Shown here: positions 52,333-64,000 of the stretch, piece after piece
Position numbering within the stretch: the first letter of the stretch is position 1
Layout: each line of letters begins with the position of its first letter
Source of the DNA: Octopus sinensis
Taxonomy: Eukaryota
Assembly: GCF_006345805.1 (NCBI RefSeq)
Contig: NC_043015.1
Coordinates: 31,744,001 to 31,808,000, forward strand
Direction: 5' to 3'
Length of the DNA: 64,000 bases
Program-made: the position numbers and the translations under genes
The notes under the pieces: model-generated
The model's database searches: none
Told to the model about the DNA's origin: nothing
Seen by the model: the letters and a program-made list of their open reading frames with translations, nothing else

Positions 52333-53370
52333 CTTTTTGTATATATTTAGGACTAAATTAGCCAATGTATCCTTCCATTTTTAAAATAGCAAAAAATGAT
52401 GGAGGGATGACTTATTTCTAGCAAGTGGAGTGATCATGTAGCTCTTTTATTCTTCGAATGCTGATAAAATAGGTACCAGTAATACACTAGATTGGTGCAA
52501 TTGACTTACAACACTTCCTGTAAAATACTACCACCACCATCATCATCATTACCTGTGCATCACTTGTTATCTTCATCTGTCCCCTACTGTCTCCCCCCAC
52601 ACTATTTCAGTTTCAAGTATCGCTCTTTCCACGGCTTCATCCCTCAATCCTTGAGTGCGTGTGCACATTTTGCGTATGCATGTGTATGTTGTGTGCAAGC
52701 ATGTGGTGTTTGTGTGTGTGTTGTGTGTGCCTGCATGTCTGTCTGTATTTATGTAGGCAAGCCTGTGTGGATGGATAATGTGTAAGAGGGTTTCCTTTAT
52801 ACAGATGTTTGTATTATTCGACACAAACACACGCACGTACGTACGCACGCACAGAGACCATCGCCACCGCCAGGTGATGAAGTGGAGAGAGAGTAAAAAG
52901 GAGATAACCGTTGGAACAACAACAACAACAAAAACAAAACAGTCAAAATACCGTGGAGTGTGTGAAAGGTAACAGACATACCAACACCCTGAAAGCCATA
53001 TACCTGCTTTGACAGCGAGAATCAGCCCAGAGATAAGGGTGTTTTCTTCCCAGCTCCACTCCCCACCGTAATCAACCTGACAACAGCCAACATCATATCG
53101 CGCGCGTGTGTGCGGGGGGGGGGGAGAACGATGGAGGTAAGAGCCCCCCCCCCACCCATCACGGAAGATTTTCAGAGATACCATTAATCAACGTATCAGC
53201 TTCCCCTGGCAGCAGTATTCTAGGAAGAAAGGAAAGGTAGGGCCAACACCAACCTACATTCATTTATATGAAACATCGGAAGAGAATGAATTGTCTGTCG
53301 TATGAAGAAGTCAGGTAGTGTGTGTGGGTGAGTAGGCAGGTAGACTCATAGAAGTTTTTTAAGAACGGTA

Positions 53371-53688
53371 GGCGCATGGCTCAATGGTTAGAGCATCGAA
53401 CTCACAATTACGAGATTGTGAGTTCGATTCCCGGATTGTGAATAGGACATTTTCACGTTGCTCCAGTTCACTCAGCTGTAGAAACGAGTTATGATGTCAC
53501 AGGTACCAAGCTGTATCGGCCCCTTTGCCTTTGCCCTTGGATAACATCAGTGACATGAAGAAGGGAGGCTGGTATGCATGGGCGACTGCTGGTCTTCCGT
53601 AAACAACCTTGCCCGGACTTGTGCCTCGGAGGGTAACTTTCTGGGTGCAATCCCATGGTCAGTGTCGTGACCGAAGGGGGTCTTCACC
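53371..53688 (+). mobile_element. tRNA-derived SINE, head related to 30929, different tail
   Basis: A-box tggctcaatgg and B-box gagttcgattccc. It shares cagttcactcagctg with about 31031-31047. Confidence 0.65.
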
Positions 53689-53980
53689 GATGATAATGTA
53701 TGGAGAAAATAAATGTTGACATATTGGATTGACAGAACTGCTAACGTTTGGTAAACATGCCTTGCAAAACATTTAATTACGATTTTTAAAAAATATGTTC
53801 TGAGTTCAAATCCTACAGCAGTGAAAACTTTTGTCTTTCATTCTTTTGGGGGAGAAAACGATAAAATAAAGTACCAGTCAAGTACACACTGTGGGGTCCT
53901 ACGCAAATTTCTTGATAAAATGGATAACATTTTTCTAGTGGAAGGCATGTAGCTTTGCGCTTAAGAAACTATTATCTGTC

Positions 53981-54016
<36 letters not shown>

Positions 54017-54019
54017 ATA

Positions 54020-54250
54020 GAGGGTGTCCATAAATTACCTTTACAATTTGAAAAAAAATCAGCGGGGGGGGGGGTATAAGGATAACTCAGCAGGGTTTAT
54101 TCGAAAACATAAGCAAAGTTTTATTAGAAACATCAGAACATTTCCACGTGGGTTCCATTGGTTACGAAGAAGTGGGATTGATGGAGCCCAACTTAAATGG
54201 ATACAATCAATGAATTATGAAAGTTGTAAAGATAATTTATGAACACCCTG
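54020..54250. mobile_element. Tc1/mariner-type MITE (231 bp) inserted in a (TAG)n tract
   Basis: TA|gagggtgtccataaattacctttacaa...ttgtaaagataatttatgaacaccctg|TA: a 27-bp TIR matching at 24 of 27 positions, with TA TSD. Confidence 0.85.
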
Positions 54251-55829
54251 TAGTAGTACCAGTAGTAGTAGTAGTAGTAGTAGTGGTAGTAGTAGTAGTA
54301 GTAGGCTAAAAAGATACTGAAGCGAGGATGCAGTTGTATCCACAACACTTCATCAATGCCAGCGAGAGCTTGGGGGGGGGGGGCGAGCCCCTAAAAGTGG
54401 AACAAGCAATATCGGAGCTCTGTCTAAAATATCCATGGGTCAGCTTCAGACTTTCAACCACTGCAGGGGTTCCATAACCAAAAGATTAAATATTAACCGC
54501 CTCTTGAAGCAACAGCAACAATAAGTGGGCTTTCTCCATAAATCCGAAGAACACCATTATATTCGTCCCGATAGATTCTGTTGTTTGTAGTCCCGGAGGG
54601 ATCAATAAAACATATCTGACTCATAGAACAAAATCTAACAACATAAAAGCTTCAAATTTTGACATAAGGCCAGCATTTTGTTTTTAAAGAGAGGGGTAGT
54701 CGATTACATCGATCCCAGGGCTCAACTGGTACTTACTTCATCGACCCTGAAATGGTGAAAAGGCCAAGTCGGCTTCGGCGGAATTTGAACCCAGAACGTA
54801 ACGAACAAGTTGGAAGAAATGCCACTGAAGAATTTTTGTCCGACGCCCGAACGATTCTGCCAGCCCCCAGCCAGCATTAATAATAATTTCTTTCAAATAT
54901 AAGCCACAAGGCCTGAAATTTTGGAAGTGCTGGTTGATTATAATTACAACGGGCCCTAGTGCTCAACTGGAACCCTTATTTTATCGACCCCGAAAAGTCG
55001 TCAGACTCTGAACTCAGAACGTAATAAATGAACCGTAAATATGACACTAAGCATTTATTTAGTTCGACGCGCTAATGATTCTGTTAGTGCGCTAGTAGGA
55101 GTAGTAGCAGTAGTAATAATAATAATAAAACAATAATTTCTTACAATAACAGTAGATTTCTTTACTGGCTACAAAGGACCCAACAATTGTGAGGACCCTC
55201 AACAGGCGAAATATAAAAAATCCCAGCCAACAACCAACAACGAGGAATGGATAACAATACAAATGTTCATAGTCAGATAATTGAACAACACTAAAGGATC
55301 TTCATAGCTGTTCTCATTTTACCAAGATGTCCAGTGAGATTTTCACACGTCCTAATTAAAAAGAACGACTTCAAGACGATATTACTAATTCAGCTACACG
55401 CTGTCCACATTTGTAATTAGCGTATGTATCAGGTTCGTTTCCTCTGATGAATTTCTATTCTCAGGCACGCTTTTATTATCATACTAGCCTCCTTTGGTTA
55501 TATACTTGTTTAGCCCAAGGCTAGGTCCGGCCGAGTAACTGTTCCAGCTAGGACTACCCTATCTTTTATTTCATTAATTTTTCAGAGTGTACATGGGGAC
55601 CACGTAATCCAACGTCCAAATTTTTTAAGGCAGGAGATAGGAATTGTGTACAATACAACGAACGTCCAGCGTGTATATATATTATTAGAGGCGGTAATGT
55701 CGAAGAAAGGGGTGAATGGAGATGGTACAATAACCTATAATATATACACCCATATTATCCAACAATAAAGGCTATCACAATGTAATCTCTTCGTAGGCCT
55801 TTGACTATGCTTTATATCTCTCTCTCTCT

Positions 55830-55865
<36 letters not shown>

Positions 55866-58094
55866 TGCGCACCCGCAAATGCGATCAAACGAAATACACG
55901 AACCCAACTCGTGAAATAGGTCTCGGCACTACAATAATTTCTGAACTGAGAACTTCCTCTCAAACACACAAACGCACACATGCACAGAGAAACCAACAAT
56001 AATTGGGTGAGCTCACCCGTATGTAACATACCTTTTATCGTTTAAAAAAGGTTAGTCTTTCTTCTTTTCTTTTTTCTACCCGCCCCCCCCCTATCTATAT
56101 ATGGATTAAGAAAAATAAGCTTGATTGACAACTCCTGCTACTATTATTGCTAGCAACAAGGTCTCGACACACACACACACCCCGCCATACACACATCCTT
56201 GCGCACATGCACCCGAAATTATTTCTGACATAAGCGTAAGAATTTGAGGATTGGGGTTAGGTTAAATCATATCGACCCCGTGTACTTCATTAGTATCTCA
56301 TTCTAACGGTCCCGTAAGAATAAAAGGGAGAAGTTGACCCCAGTAGAAGATGGACTTTATAACAGAATTTAATATACATTAGATTTTAATTTTTGAGGTA
56401 GAAGCGGTGGCAGGATACTACAGGGAGTGAATGGAATTGTTGAAAGTTTAAGAATAAATAAAATAAAAAGAAAGATATGAAATAAATTCTCTTTCTCAGC
56501 CAAGAGTTGCATATGAAGTTAGATACAAATTTGCGTGTGTGTGTGATGGCAATTAGTTGTAGCATGGAACATGGACAAGTTTGATCAGAGAAACAAAAGC
56601 GATAGTTTTTCACACACACACATGTAAAAAACCAAATCCGGCGAACCCCCCAAGTCCATGATTTCATTTCTGCTCCCTGTTGAAAACCCATTTCCTTTTA
56701 ACAAACGTGCGTGAGTGTTCCTGTACGTGCGTGTGTGTGTGTGTGTGTGATCCCAACTCGCCTGAACCCCTCCCGATCTCGTTTCCTATAAACCCTATAC
56801 AAATGAAATGACTTTTAACAGTGAAAAGAAACGAAATTCTCTGCCGACTGGGATCGCTGAAAACAAAATGTACTTCTGTTGCTTGAATGAAAGGGGAACG
56901 GGTGGACGACGTCTAGATGAACCCTAATACTATAATATTTACACGCTCACACTCTAACACCAATAATATACACACAAAAACGAATTATAAACGGTGCAGA
57001 TATAAAGAAAACATGAGAATACAGAAAAAATATTACAAAGTGAACGAATATAGAGTTTTAGGTTACATTTTACGATGAAAAATCACAAAAAAGAGAAAGA
57101 AATGGCTGAGGTTGATCATCCAACATTACCTTATGAAATTCGAGCAACGGGGTTTGTGTTTCTTCTAAATACCAGAATCAAGTCGTTTAAAAAGTAGCTG
57201 GTATATATATTTATATTTATAAATATATACTGTTTAGTTGTCTCGGGTTTTTTCTTCTTCACCCTGTATTTTGGGGGGTTTTTTCGACAAAAAATATTCC
57301 CTTCAGGTTTTAGTCCGACTGAATCCTACAGCGCACGGCTGTTTTTTCATAGTTTCAAACGAGAAGAAAGTGTTCCACAATGAGATCAAAATTATCGAGT
57401 TGCCGTCAAGTTAAAATGGAACCCAATCCATTATGCTGCGATGATCGCTGGCAAACGGAATAAATAAGGGAAATGGGAAGAGAGAGAGAGAGAAAATAAG
57501 TTGAGAGATCACCCAACCAAAGAGGAAACCAAATGGTGGAGACGGTGGAATATTGGGTGCTATGACGATGAAGGCAGAAAGGCTGTTGTAGTAGTAGTGC
57601 TCTGCAGAAGCGAATCCCTATTTATTCTCCCAGTTCTTTCTTCTGAAATGTCAGAATGAAAGTTAAAATGAGAGGAAGATACAAAAAAAGAGGATGGTAG
57701 TAAAAAAAAGAAAAAAGTGAAGCTATAGAGTCGGGCAGGAAGAATGGAATGGCAACAACCAGGTAAAGAATCTAGCTTAGACTAGGCTAGGCTATAAGCT
57801 GGCAGGCTTCCCTTACGGAGAGAGGAAAAAGAAATGAACCGGCCGGCCGGCTTCGCTCAGTCTGCCAACTCTTTCGTGATTGCATTTCTCTCTCTCGAAA
57901 CCAAACTGGATGTTCTGTTGAGAAATCTTCAGCTTTCAGTCTTAACTTCAACTGGTTCTCTCTCCTTTTCTCCCAATACCCTGCATCGCGGCGAGAGAGG
58001 ACTTTCACAGAATTCCAGCAGTAGTAGTAGTAGTAGTAGCAGCAGCAACAGTAGCAGACTTCGCTCTTTTTCATTCCTTTCTTTGATTGTCTCT

Positions 58095-58322
58095 CTATTT
58101 GTTTACTCGTGTCTGTCTGCCTGTCTCTATCTATCTATCTATCTATCTGTCTGTCTCTATCTATCTGCTTCTATCTGTCTGTCTATCTATTTATCAATCT
58201 ATCACTCTCTCTCTCTCTCTGCTTCTATCTGTCTGTCTATCTATCTATCTATTTATCTATCTATCAATCTATCACTCTCTCTCTCTCTGCTTCTATCTGT
58301 CTGTCTATCTATCTATCTATCA

Positions 58323-58411
<89 letters not shown>

Positions 58412-58425
58412 ATATGTCTTACCTC

Positions 58426-58463
<38 letters not shown>

Positions 58464-58500
58464 ACTCTCTCTCTCTCTATCTGCATCTATCTGTCTGTCT
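58095..58500. repeat. Compound (CTAT)/(CTGT)/(CT)/(TA) repeat with higher-order duplication
   Basis: The block ctgcttctatctgtctgtctatctat recurs at about 58165, 58219 and 58287. Confidence 0.9.
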
Positions 58501-58746
58501 TCATTTCCAACAAGGAACGGCTGATTTCACACAGTAACGCAACTAAATCATGTCTTACGCCCCACAACCAGCCGGAGGAGGAAGAACTACAGCAAAAACT
58601 AACACAAGGAAGAAGGGAAGAAGGAAAAAACCCAAACCAAAACTAAAAAAAAAATTTACAAAACAAAACAACAACAGTATTTTTTAATAAAAAGTTGATA
58701 TGGTGAAAACGGGTGAATTGGAGAGACGGAAAGGTTGATGCAAATG

Positions 58747-58807
<61 letters not shown>

Positions 58808-60284
58808 GGAGATATTCTGGGAAGATGAAAGTATGGAAAAAAGGAAAGAAGAAAAAACAGCATGGAACTAATTCATTGCCTGATAGACATAGAGAGAGAA
58901 GATAGTTTAGTCAGCGAGGATGCGATTAATGTTGACTGCACTATATGGATAGACGGATGAGTGACTGACAGAATAATAGTCCCCAGGGGTTGAAAGGGAG
59001 ACAGGAGGGAGGAGATAAGCAGGCTCAGGGAGTTTGTTTTAATAAAATATGAAGAATAATGCTGAGGAATATGTAGCTGAGATCCAGAATAAATTTATTT
59101 ACACAGAAAGAAAAGATAGGTGAGGAAATGACGGTAGCGATGATAATACTTCGTCAACTAGTTTCTGTCAGAACTGGTAGACTGTGGTATTTAGTGAGGT
59201 CCCTATGCTTCCGGGGTCGATAAAATACACAGGGAAATACTGAGGGATAGAGAGAGAGGAAAGAGCAACAGGGTGTGCTCAGTTGTACCTTTAATGTATG
59301 GGACCTTGATGGCTACATTAGAAACCGCCGTTGTTACGAGACACTGCTAGAAACAGCAGTCGTATACCTCTCAAATCACACCTCAATACATTGAAATGAA
59401 AAAGGTATTGGATATTGTGGTCCTGGACGAATACTGCTTGGAAGAAAACAAAGCAACGAGATGGTCACGTTTGGAATGCTATTAATCAAACTCAAATGAG
59501 GACACTGCCACCGAAAAATATGAAACAAAAAACTGGGTCTGTGGATTTTGTGTCACAATTCTGGAAATATTTTTCTTGGCGTAAATACAGGACTTAATTG
59601 CATAATTTGCCTGAATACAAAGATATTACGAATAAGACGAGTGAAACACCTCGTGTGTGTATTTGCGTGGGTAAAGGTGACAGAAAAAGGAAAGACAAAT
59701 GAAAGAATGTATTAGAATTTTGAGTCAGTGTCGAAGTAAATTAGACATAAAGAGGGTTAGGGGTAGATTATGGGAGTGCAGAATATAAGGGGCAAGGTAG
59801 AATGAGTTGGGGGAGGACAGGTTTAAGGGGGTAAAGAACACGGGGAGTGACTTTACTGGTAGTGAAGGAGGGCGGGGTGCCAGGCTGCTGTTGCTCATTC
59901 ACACAGACTTTCCGATGAGAGTGTTGGTACCCCATCTTCAACAACCTCTGATCTTGTTGATGTGTGATGCAAGCGTGCGTATTCAGAGAACAATGTCACC
60001 TGCCCATCCTGCGTGTTCATCCTGCCCCTGTCGCTCTGGCATATCAAAGTGGAACTCGAAATAAAAGAGTCAATAATGCAGAGTAGTGGTGGTAGTGGTG
60101 AGTGGGGCGTTTAAATACGGTGGCGGGGGGGGGCTGTCAGAGATGGGGGTACGATGTGTAAGGCGAGGTAGGTGTAGCAAAATAACCGGATCTGGAGTGT
60201 ATTACGTAAGGTGACATAATTGAAACGTAAACATCCGTGTACACACACACAACAGAAATCCAAATATATATATATATATATATA

Positions 60285-60588
60285 CTAGCAGTATTGCCCG
60301 GCGTTGCTCGGATTTGTAAGGGAAATAACTATATAAGCATTTTTAGAGAGTTACTTCCCTTATATAATAGCAAAAAAATGCATTAAAAATGGGAAAAAAA
60401 TGATGGTAAACTTTTTTTTAAATCGTAGACTCATCGTAGACGTGCGCTAATACCCAGAAGGGCTCGATATGAATCACGACTATAAGATACCCGCTTTTGG
60501 TTAAAGTGCACCGCAAAATGTGGGAGTAGTTAGGAATCTAAATCGTAGGAGACAGACACTCACACAACTTCACTTTTATATATAAAGA
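60285..60588 (-). mobile_element. Non-autonomous Helitron (304 bp) inserted in (TA)n
   Basis: Minus strand A|TCTTTATATATAAAAG...CCGAGCAACGCCGGG-CAATACTG-CTAG|T: 5' TC, subterminal GC hairpin, 3' CTAG and an A/T target. Confidence 0.85.
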
Positions 60589-60764
60589 TATATATATATA
60601 CAAACACAGATGCAACAATAAGTGCAGGAGTTGCTAAAGGTACTGCCGTGTAACTCAACACATTAGAATCACAACTCTGTGTATGTACACACACACACAG
60701 GCGGCATAGTTTAGTGTATATATAGGTGGTGCAGTTATATATTAGTTTATAGAGGACTAGGCCG

Positions 60765-60945
60765 TGTTTCGTCTGCCGTTACGTTCTGAGTTCAAATTCC
60801 GCCGAGGTCGACTTTGCCTTTCATCCTTTCGGGGTCGATAAATTAAGTACCAGTTACGCACTGGGGTCGATGTAATCGACTTAATCCGTTTGTCTGTCCT
60901 TGTTTGTTCCCTCTATATTTAGTCCCTTGTGGGTAGTAAAGAAAC
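60765..60945 (+). mobile_element. SINE family A, 5'-truncated, near-consensus
   Basis: Nearly identical to the 42314 copy, with CpGs intact. Confidence 0.85.
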
Positions 60946-62994
60946 ATATATATATACATATAAAGATTCAGATGAATTAGGTACTTATATAAACAGAAAT
61001 ATATACTTTAGTGTGTGTGTGTGTACGAGTGCGTTCGTTTATTCGTTCCATATAGGTTTTTACAAGGTAGTCTAGATTTGACGGGACGTCTCGGGAGGAG
61101 GATAATTTTATTAAATCAAGAATTTGTGTTGTATAGCATTTAATATGCCTGTATTTGTCTATTTTGTCCAAATACATACCATTGGTCGCTCAGTTATTTC
61201 TCTTAATTAATTTTTTTTACTTATCTCTATAACTAGGCGATAAATATGCTCAACTCATTTTCGTATAAGCCTGAGTCCCTTGGCTACAAGAGATAAAGTT
61301 AGACAACTGCCGTAATGATAACAGCTATCCAGCAGGAAACGTATCAATGAGGGTCTCATTATTTCCAGGCAATACGCCTGTCCCCTATCTTGATAGCATG
61401 TCCACAGTGGAGGATCCTTGAATATTGAAATTATCTCCCCTTCTCAAATAGAGCTTGTCTTAATTGCCATTTGGTAATTATGATACATCCCCTGGAGAGG
61501 GAAATAATGTCAATAAATCAAAAATTTATGTTCTATGGTATTTGATATACCTGTATTTTTCTCTCTTTCTCTACAGTACACACACGCACACATATATAAA
61601 ATAATTATTTGCACAATCCAATTGAATTTTAGATTTAAATTTTAATTCCCCTGAAGACTTTTTTTTTGGTGATGTTATTGATTTGTTCAGCAATAAAAAG
61701 TGTGTCTGAAACAGCTGTAGTGAACCTTAACCTATTTGCATTCTTGTGTGTGTGTGTGTGTGCATTCACGCATGTAATCCATAAATTAAAAAATAGGTAC
61801 TTATATAATTGCCAATAGATTGGGTATATTAAGCAAAGTATACAGTATTACAGAGTCATTTCGGCTGATCTAGCCAATTGGTTTCACATATGATTTTAGT
61901 CAACCACCCAGTTATCTAATACCCAGTGCAAAACTGGGTATTTTCCATAACTCCCACCTCTGAGGATCACATGATTTCAGTTTACTACCCTGTTAACTAA
62001 TATCCAGTTAACTGATATCTGGTGTAAAACCAATTAGTAATATTGGCTGAAATGGATCTACTCTGACTAAGATATGTGTGTGTATATAAATATCAGCCCC
62101 ACAATAAAATGCCCCTTATGCATAAAGTGAATGGTGATAGGAAGAACATCTAGTGGTAGAAAATGTGAAAACAGAAACCCAAGCTAGACATTTCTGCAAA
62201 CTCCATCACATTTAAGAGTGCAGTAATGAGAACCGATACAAGTAGAAGGGACCTTTAGCACTGGGGTACAGACCAGCATTTCTGGTGCCAGTGGCAAATA
62301 AGACTCATCCAGTCTACACTATTAAGGGGTATACCTCAACAAAGCCAGTTATTTCTGTCACTGAGTGTGCCAGAGGGCAGGGCCAGGTGTCTTTGTTGTT
62401 AGGTGTGCAAGAGAGTAGGGACCATGTAGACAAGAGATGGGACCTGTCCAGAATTTTAGAACTGTATGAAAGAGGCATAAAATACGATGATGATGATGAC
62501 GATGATATAGGTAGCGTGAAGAAGTTTGCTTTGCACCTTGAGCAAGTGTCTTCTACTACAATCTCAAGTTGACCTATGCCTTGGGAGCAACTTTGGACGA
62601 CAGAAACTACAAGGAAGCCTGTCATATATATACACACACGTGTGTGTGTGTGTATCAGTGGGGGGTTGTACTGATCTCACCACTTGTCAACAGTTGTTGG
62701 TTTGTTTATATCCCTATTACTTAGTAGTTTGGTTAAAGAGAGGCGACAAAATAAATGCCATTCTTACAGATAATTACTGGGGTCGACTTGATCAGCCAAA
62801 CCCATTTATGCAGAGCTCCAGTATGGCTGCAACCAGTCACTGAAACCAGTAGGAGAATAAAAGAATATCATTTTTTCTCTTTCTTTTATTCCGTAATTCA
62901 TTTCAGTCACTGGAAATGAATAAACGACAGACAGAAACGAATTTGTGCAAGGCCAACGTATAGAAGTAGGTTATGTGGAGCAATATATGTGCTA

Positions 62995-63735
62995 TGGGTA
63001 CATAATGTGTATGTTATGAGTACAGTAATGTGTGTACTATGTATATAGTAATATGTATATATGTAATGTGTGTACTATGTAAATAGTAATGTGTGTGCTA
63101 TGTGTACAGTAATGTGTATAGTATTGTGTGTACTATGTATATAGTAATATGTGCTATTTGTATAGTAATATGTAATGTGTATGATAATGTGTGTACTGTG
63201 TATATTGTAATGTGTATATTATGTGTACAGTAACGTGTATGTTGTGTAAAGTAATATGTGTATAGTAATGTGTGTACTATGTATATAGTAATATGTGCTA
63301 TTTGTATAGTAATATGTAATGTGTAAAGTGTAAAGTAATGTGTAATGTGTACAGTGATGTGTAAAGTGTAAAGTAATGTGTAATGTGTACAGTGATGTGT
63401 AAAGTGTAAAGTAATGTGTAATGTGTACAGTGATGTGTAAAGTGTAAAGTAATGTGTAATGTGTACAGTGATGTGTAAAGTGTAAAGTAATGTGTAATGT
63501 GTACAGTGATGTGTAAAGTGTAAAGTAATGTGTAATGTGTACAGTGATGTGTGTGTTGCGTGTATAGTAATGTGCATGTGTATGTATTACTTGTAGTAAT
63601 GTGTGTGATGCATGTTGTAATTTATGTTGTGCTGTGTAGTAATGCAATGTGCCATGTGTGTGCAGTATTGCATGTAATGTGTTATACATAGTAATGTGCA
63701 TGTGTTATATGCCATAATGTCTGTGTGTTACATGA
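62995..63735. repeat. TG/AT-rich satellite with a homogenised core of 6 x 38 bp
   Basis: GTGTAAAGTGTAAAGTAATGTGTAATGTGTACAGTGAT repeats over 63321-63548, with degenerate TAATGTGT-type subunits on both sides. Confidence 0.95.
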
Positions 63736-63749
63736 GTAACATGTAGTAA

Positions 63750-63942
63750 CAAGAAACTATGACACTACAACCAGCCAGGAACAGTCTTCGCTACATTTGC
63801 GGCACCTGCCAGAGGGAGAGTTTGTCCAGGATAGGACTACACAGCCACAGCGGGAAATGTAGCAGGACACGAAATGTAAAAGCCGGACTGGACTACTTTA
63901 TGCGCAACTCCATTGTCTCCCCGAGACAAGAAGGATGCCAAC
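63750..63942 (+). mobile_element. 5'-truncated RTE (BovB-like) LINE 3' end with 12-bp TSD
   Basis: Encodes YICGTCQRESLSRIGLHSHSGKC (63792-63860), the RTE C-terminal CxxC...SRIGLxSH zinc finger. It ends ccattgtctccccgagacaagaaggatgccaac. TSD AACATGTAGTAA at 63738-63749 and 63943-63954. Confidence 0.85.
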
Positions 63943-64000
63943 AACATGTAGTAATGTGTACCATGTGTAGTAATGTGTGTATTATATTTAGTTATGCACG

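Larger units (their letters stand above)
52800..61300. promoter_or_regulatory. CpG-retaining (probably unmethylated) domain, candidate upstream promoter region
   Basis: Manual CpG counts per 540 bp are 19 at 56941-57480, 3 at 40501-41040 and 3 at 61561-62100. Boundaries are approximate. Confidence 0.45.

Noticed and set aside
53004-53076. Possible minus-strand UTR exon (CAG|GTATAT)
   Set aside because: The polypyrimidine tract is weak; unsupported.
7985-55460. Other CTGATGA occurrences (about 7989, 11025, 24234, 48974, 50762, 55443) as hammerheads
   Set aside because: None has a stem II followed by GAAA and a matching stem I.
57834-58646. Longest ORF in the track (270 aa)
   Set aside because: It runs mostly through (AGT)n and (CTAT)/(CT)n repeats and has no recognisable domain.
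63098-63701. HYTLLYTLHITV-repeat ORFs
   Set aside because: These are translations of the 38-bp satellite.

Overview
AT-rich, repeat-dense eukaryotic DNA. The SINE/MITE repertoire and the (GA)/(CA)/(TA) microsatellite load resemble an octopus (coleoid cephalopod) genome; this is an inference from recall, not verified. Almost all ORFs in the supplied track come from microsatellites or SINEs. One confident host coding exon is present: 18262-18347 (-), with clean AG/GT sites, encoding EVNMPLENKPLPKEPDSKEEKKKMKVPK. This resembles the N-terminal PLPKEP + basic tract of group-I p21-activated kinases (Pak). The CRIB and kinase exons were not found and would lie left of base 1, so much of the window is probably Pak intron or 5' region. 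Candidate companions are a 29-nt phase-compatible micro-exon (22245-22273) and an internal alternative first exon (ATG at 7904, same splice phase). The mobile landscape includes several tRNA-derived SINE families with swapped modules, RTE-type LINE pieces, a Ty3/Gypsy pol relic, two ~221-bp piggyBac-type (TTAA) MITE families, a Tc1/mariner MITE, a Helitron and a Penelope-type terminus carrying a minimal hammerhead ribozyme. The most notable unexplained structures are long fold-back hairpins with A.C mismatches on the Pak strand (possible ADAR substrates), a tRNA-like cloverleaf inside 13-bp inverted repeats, a tandem SINE array and a CpG-retaining domain at about 53-61 kb. No bacterial-type systems or CRISPR arrays are present.
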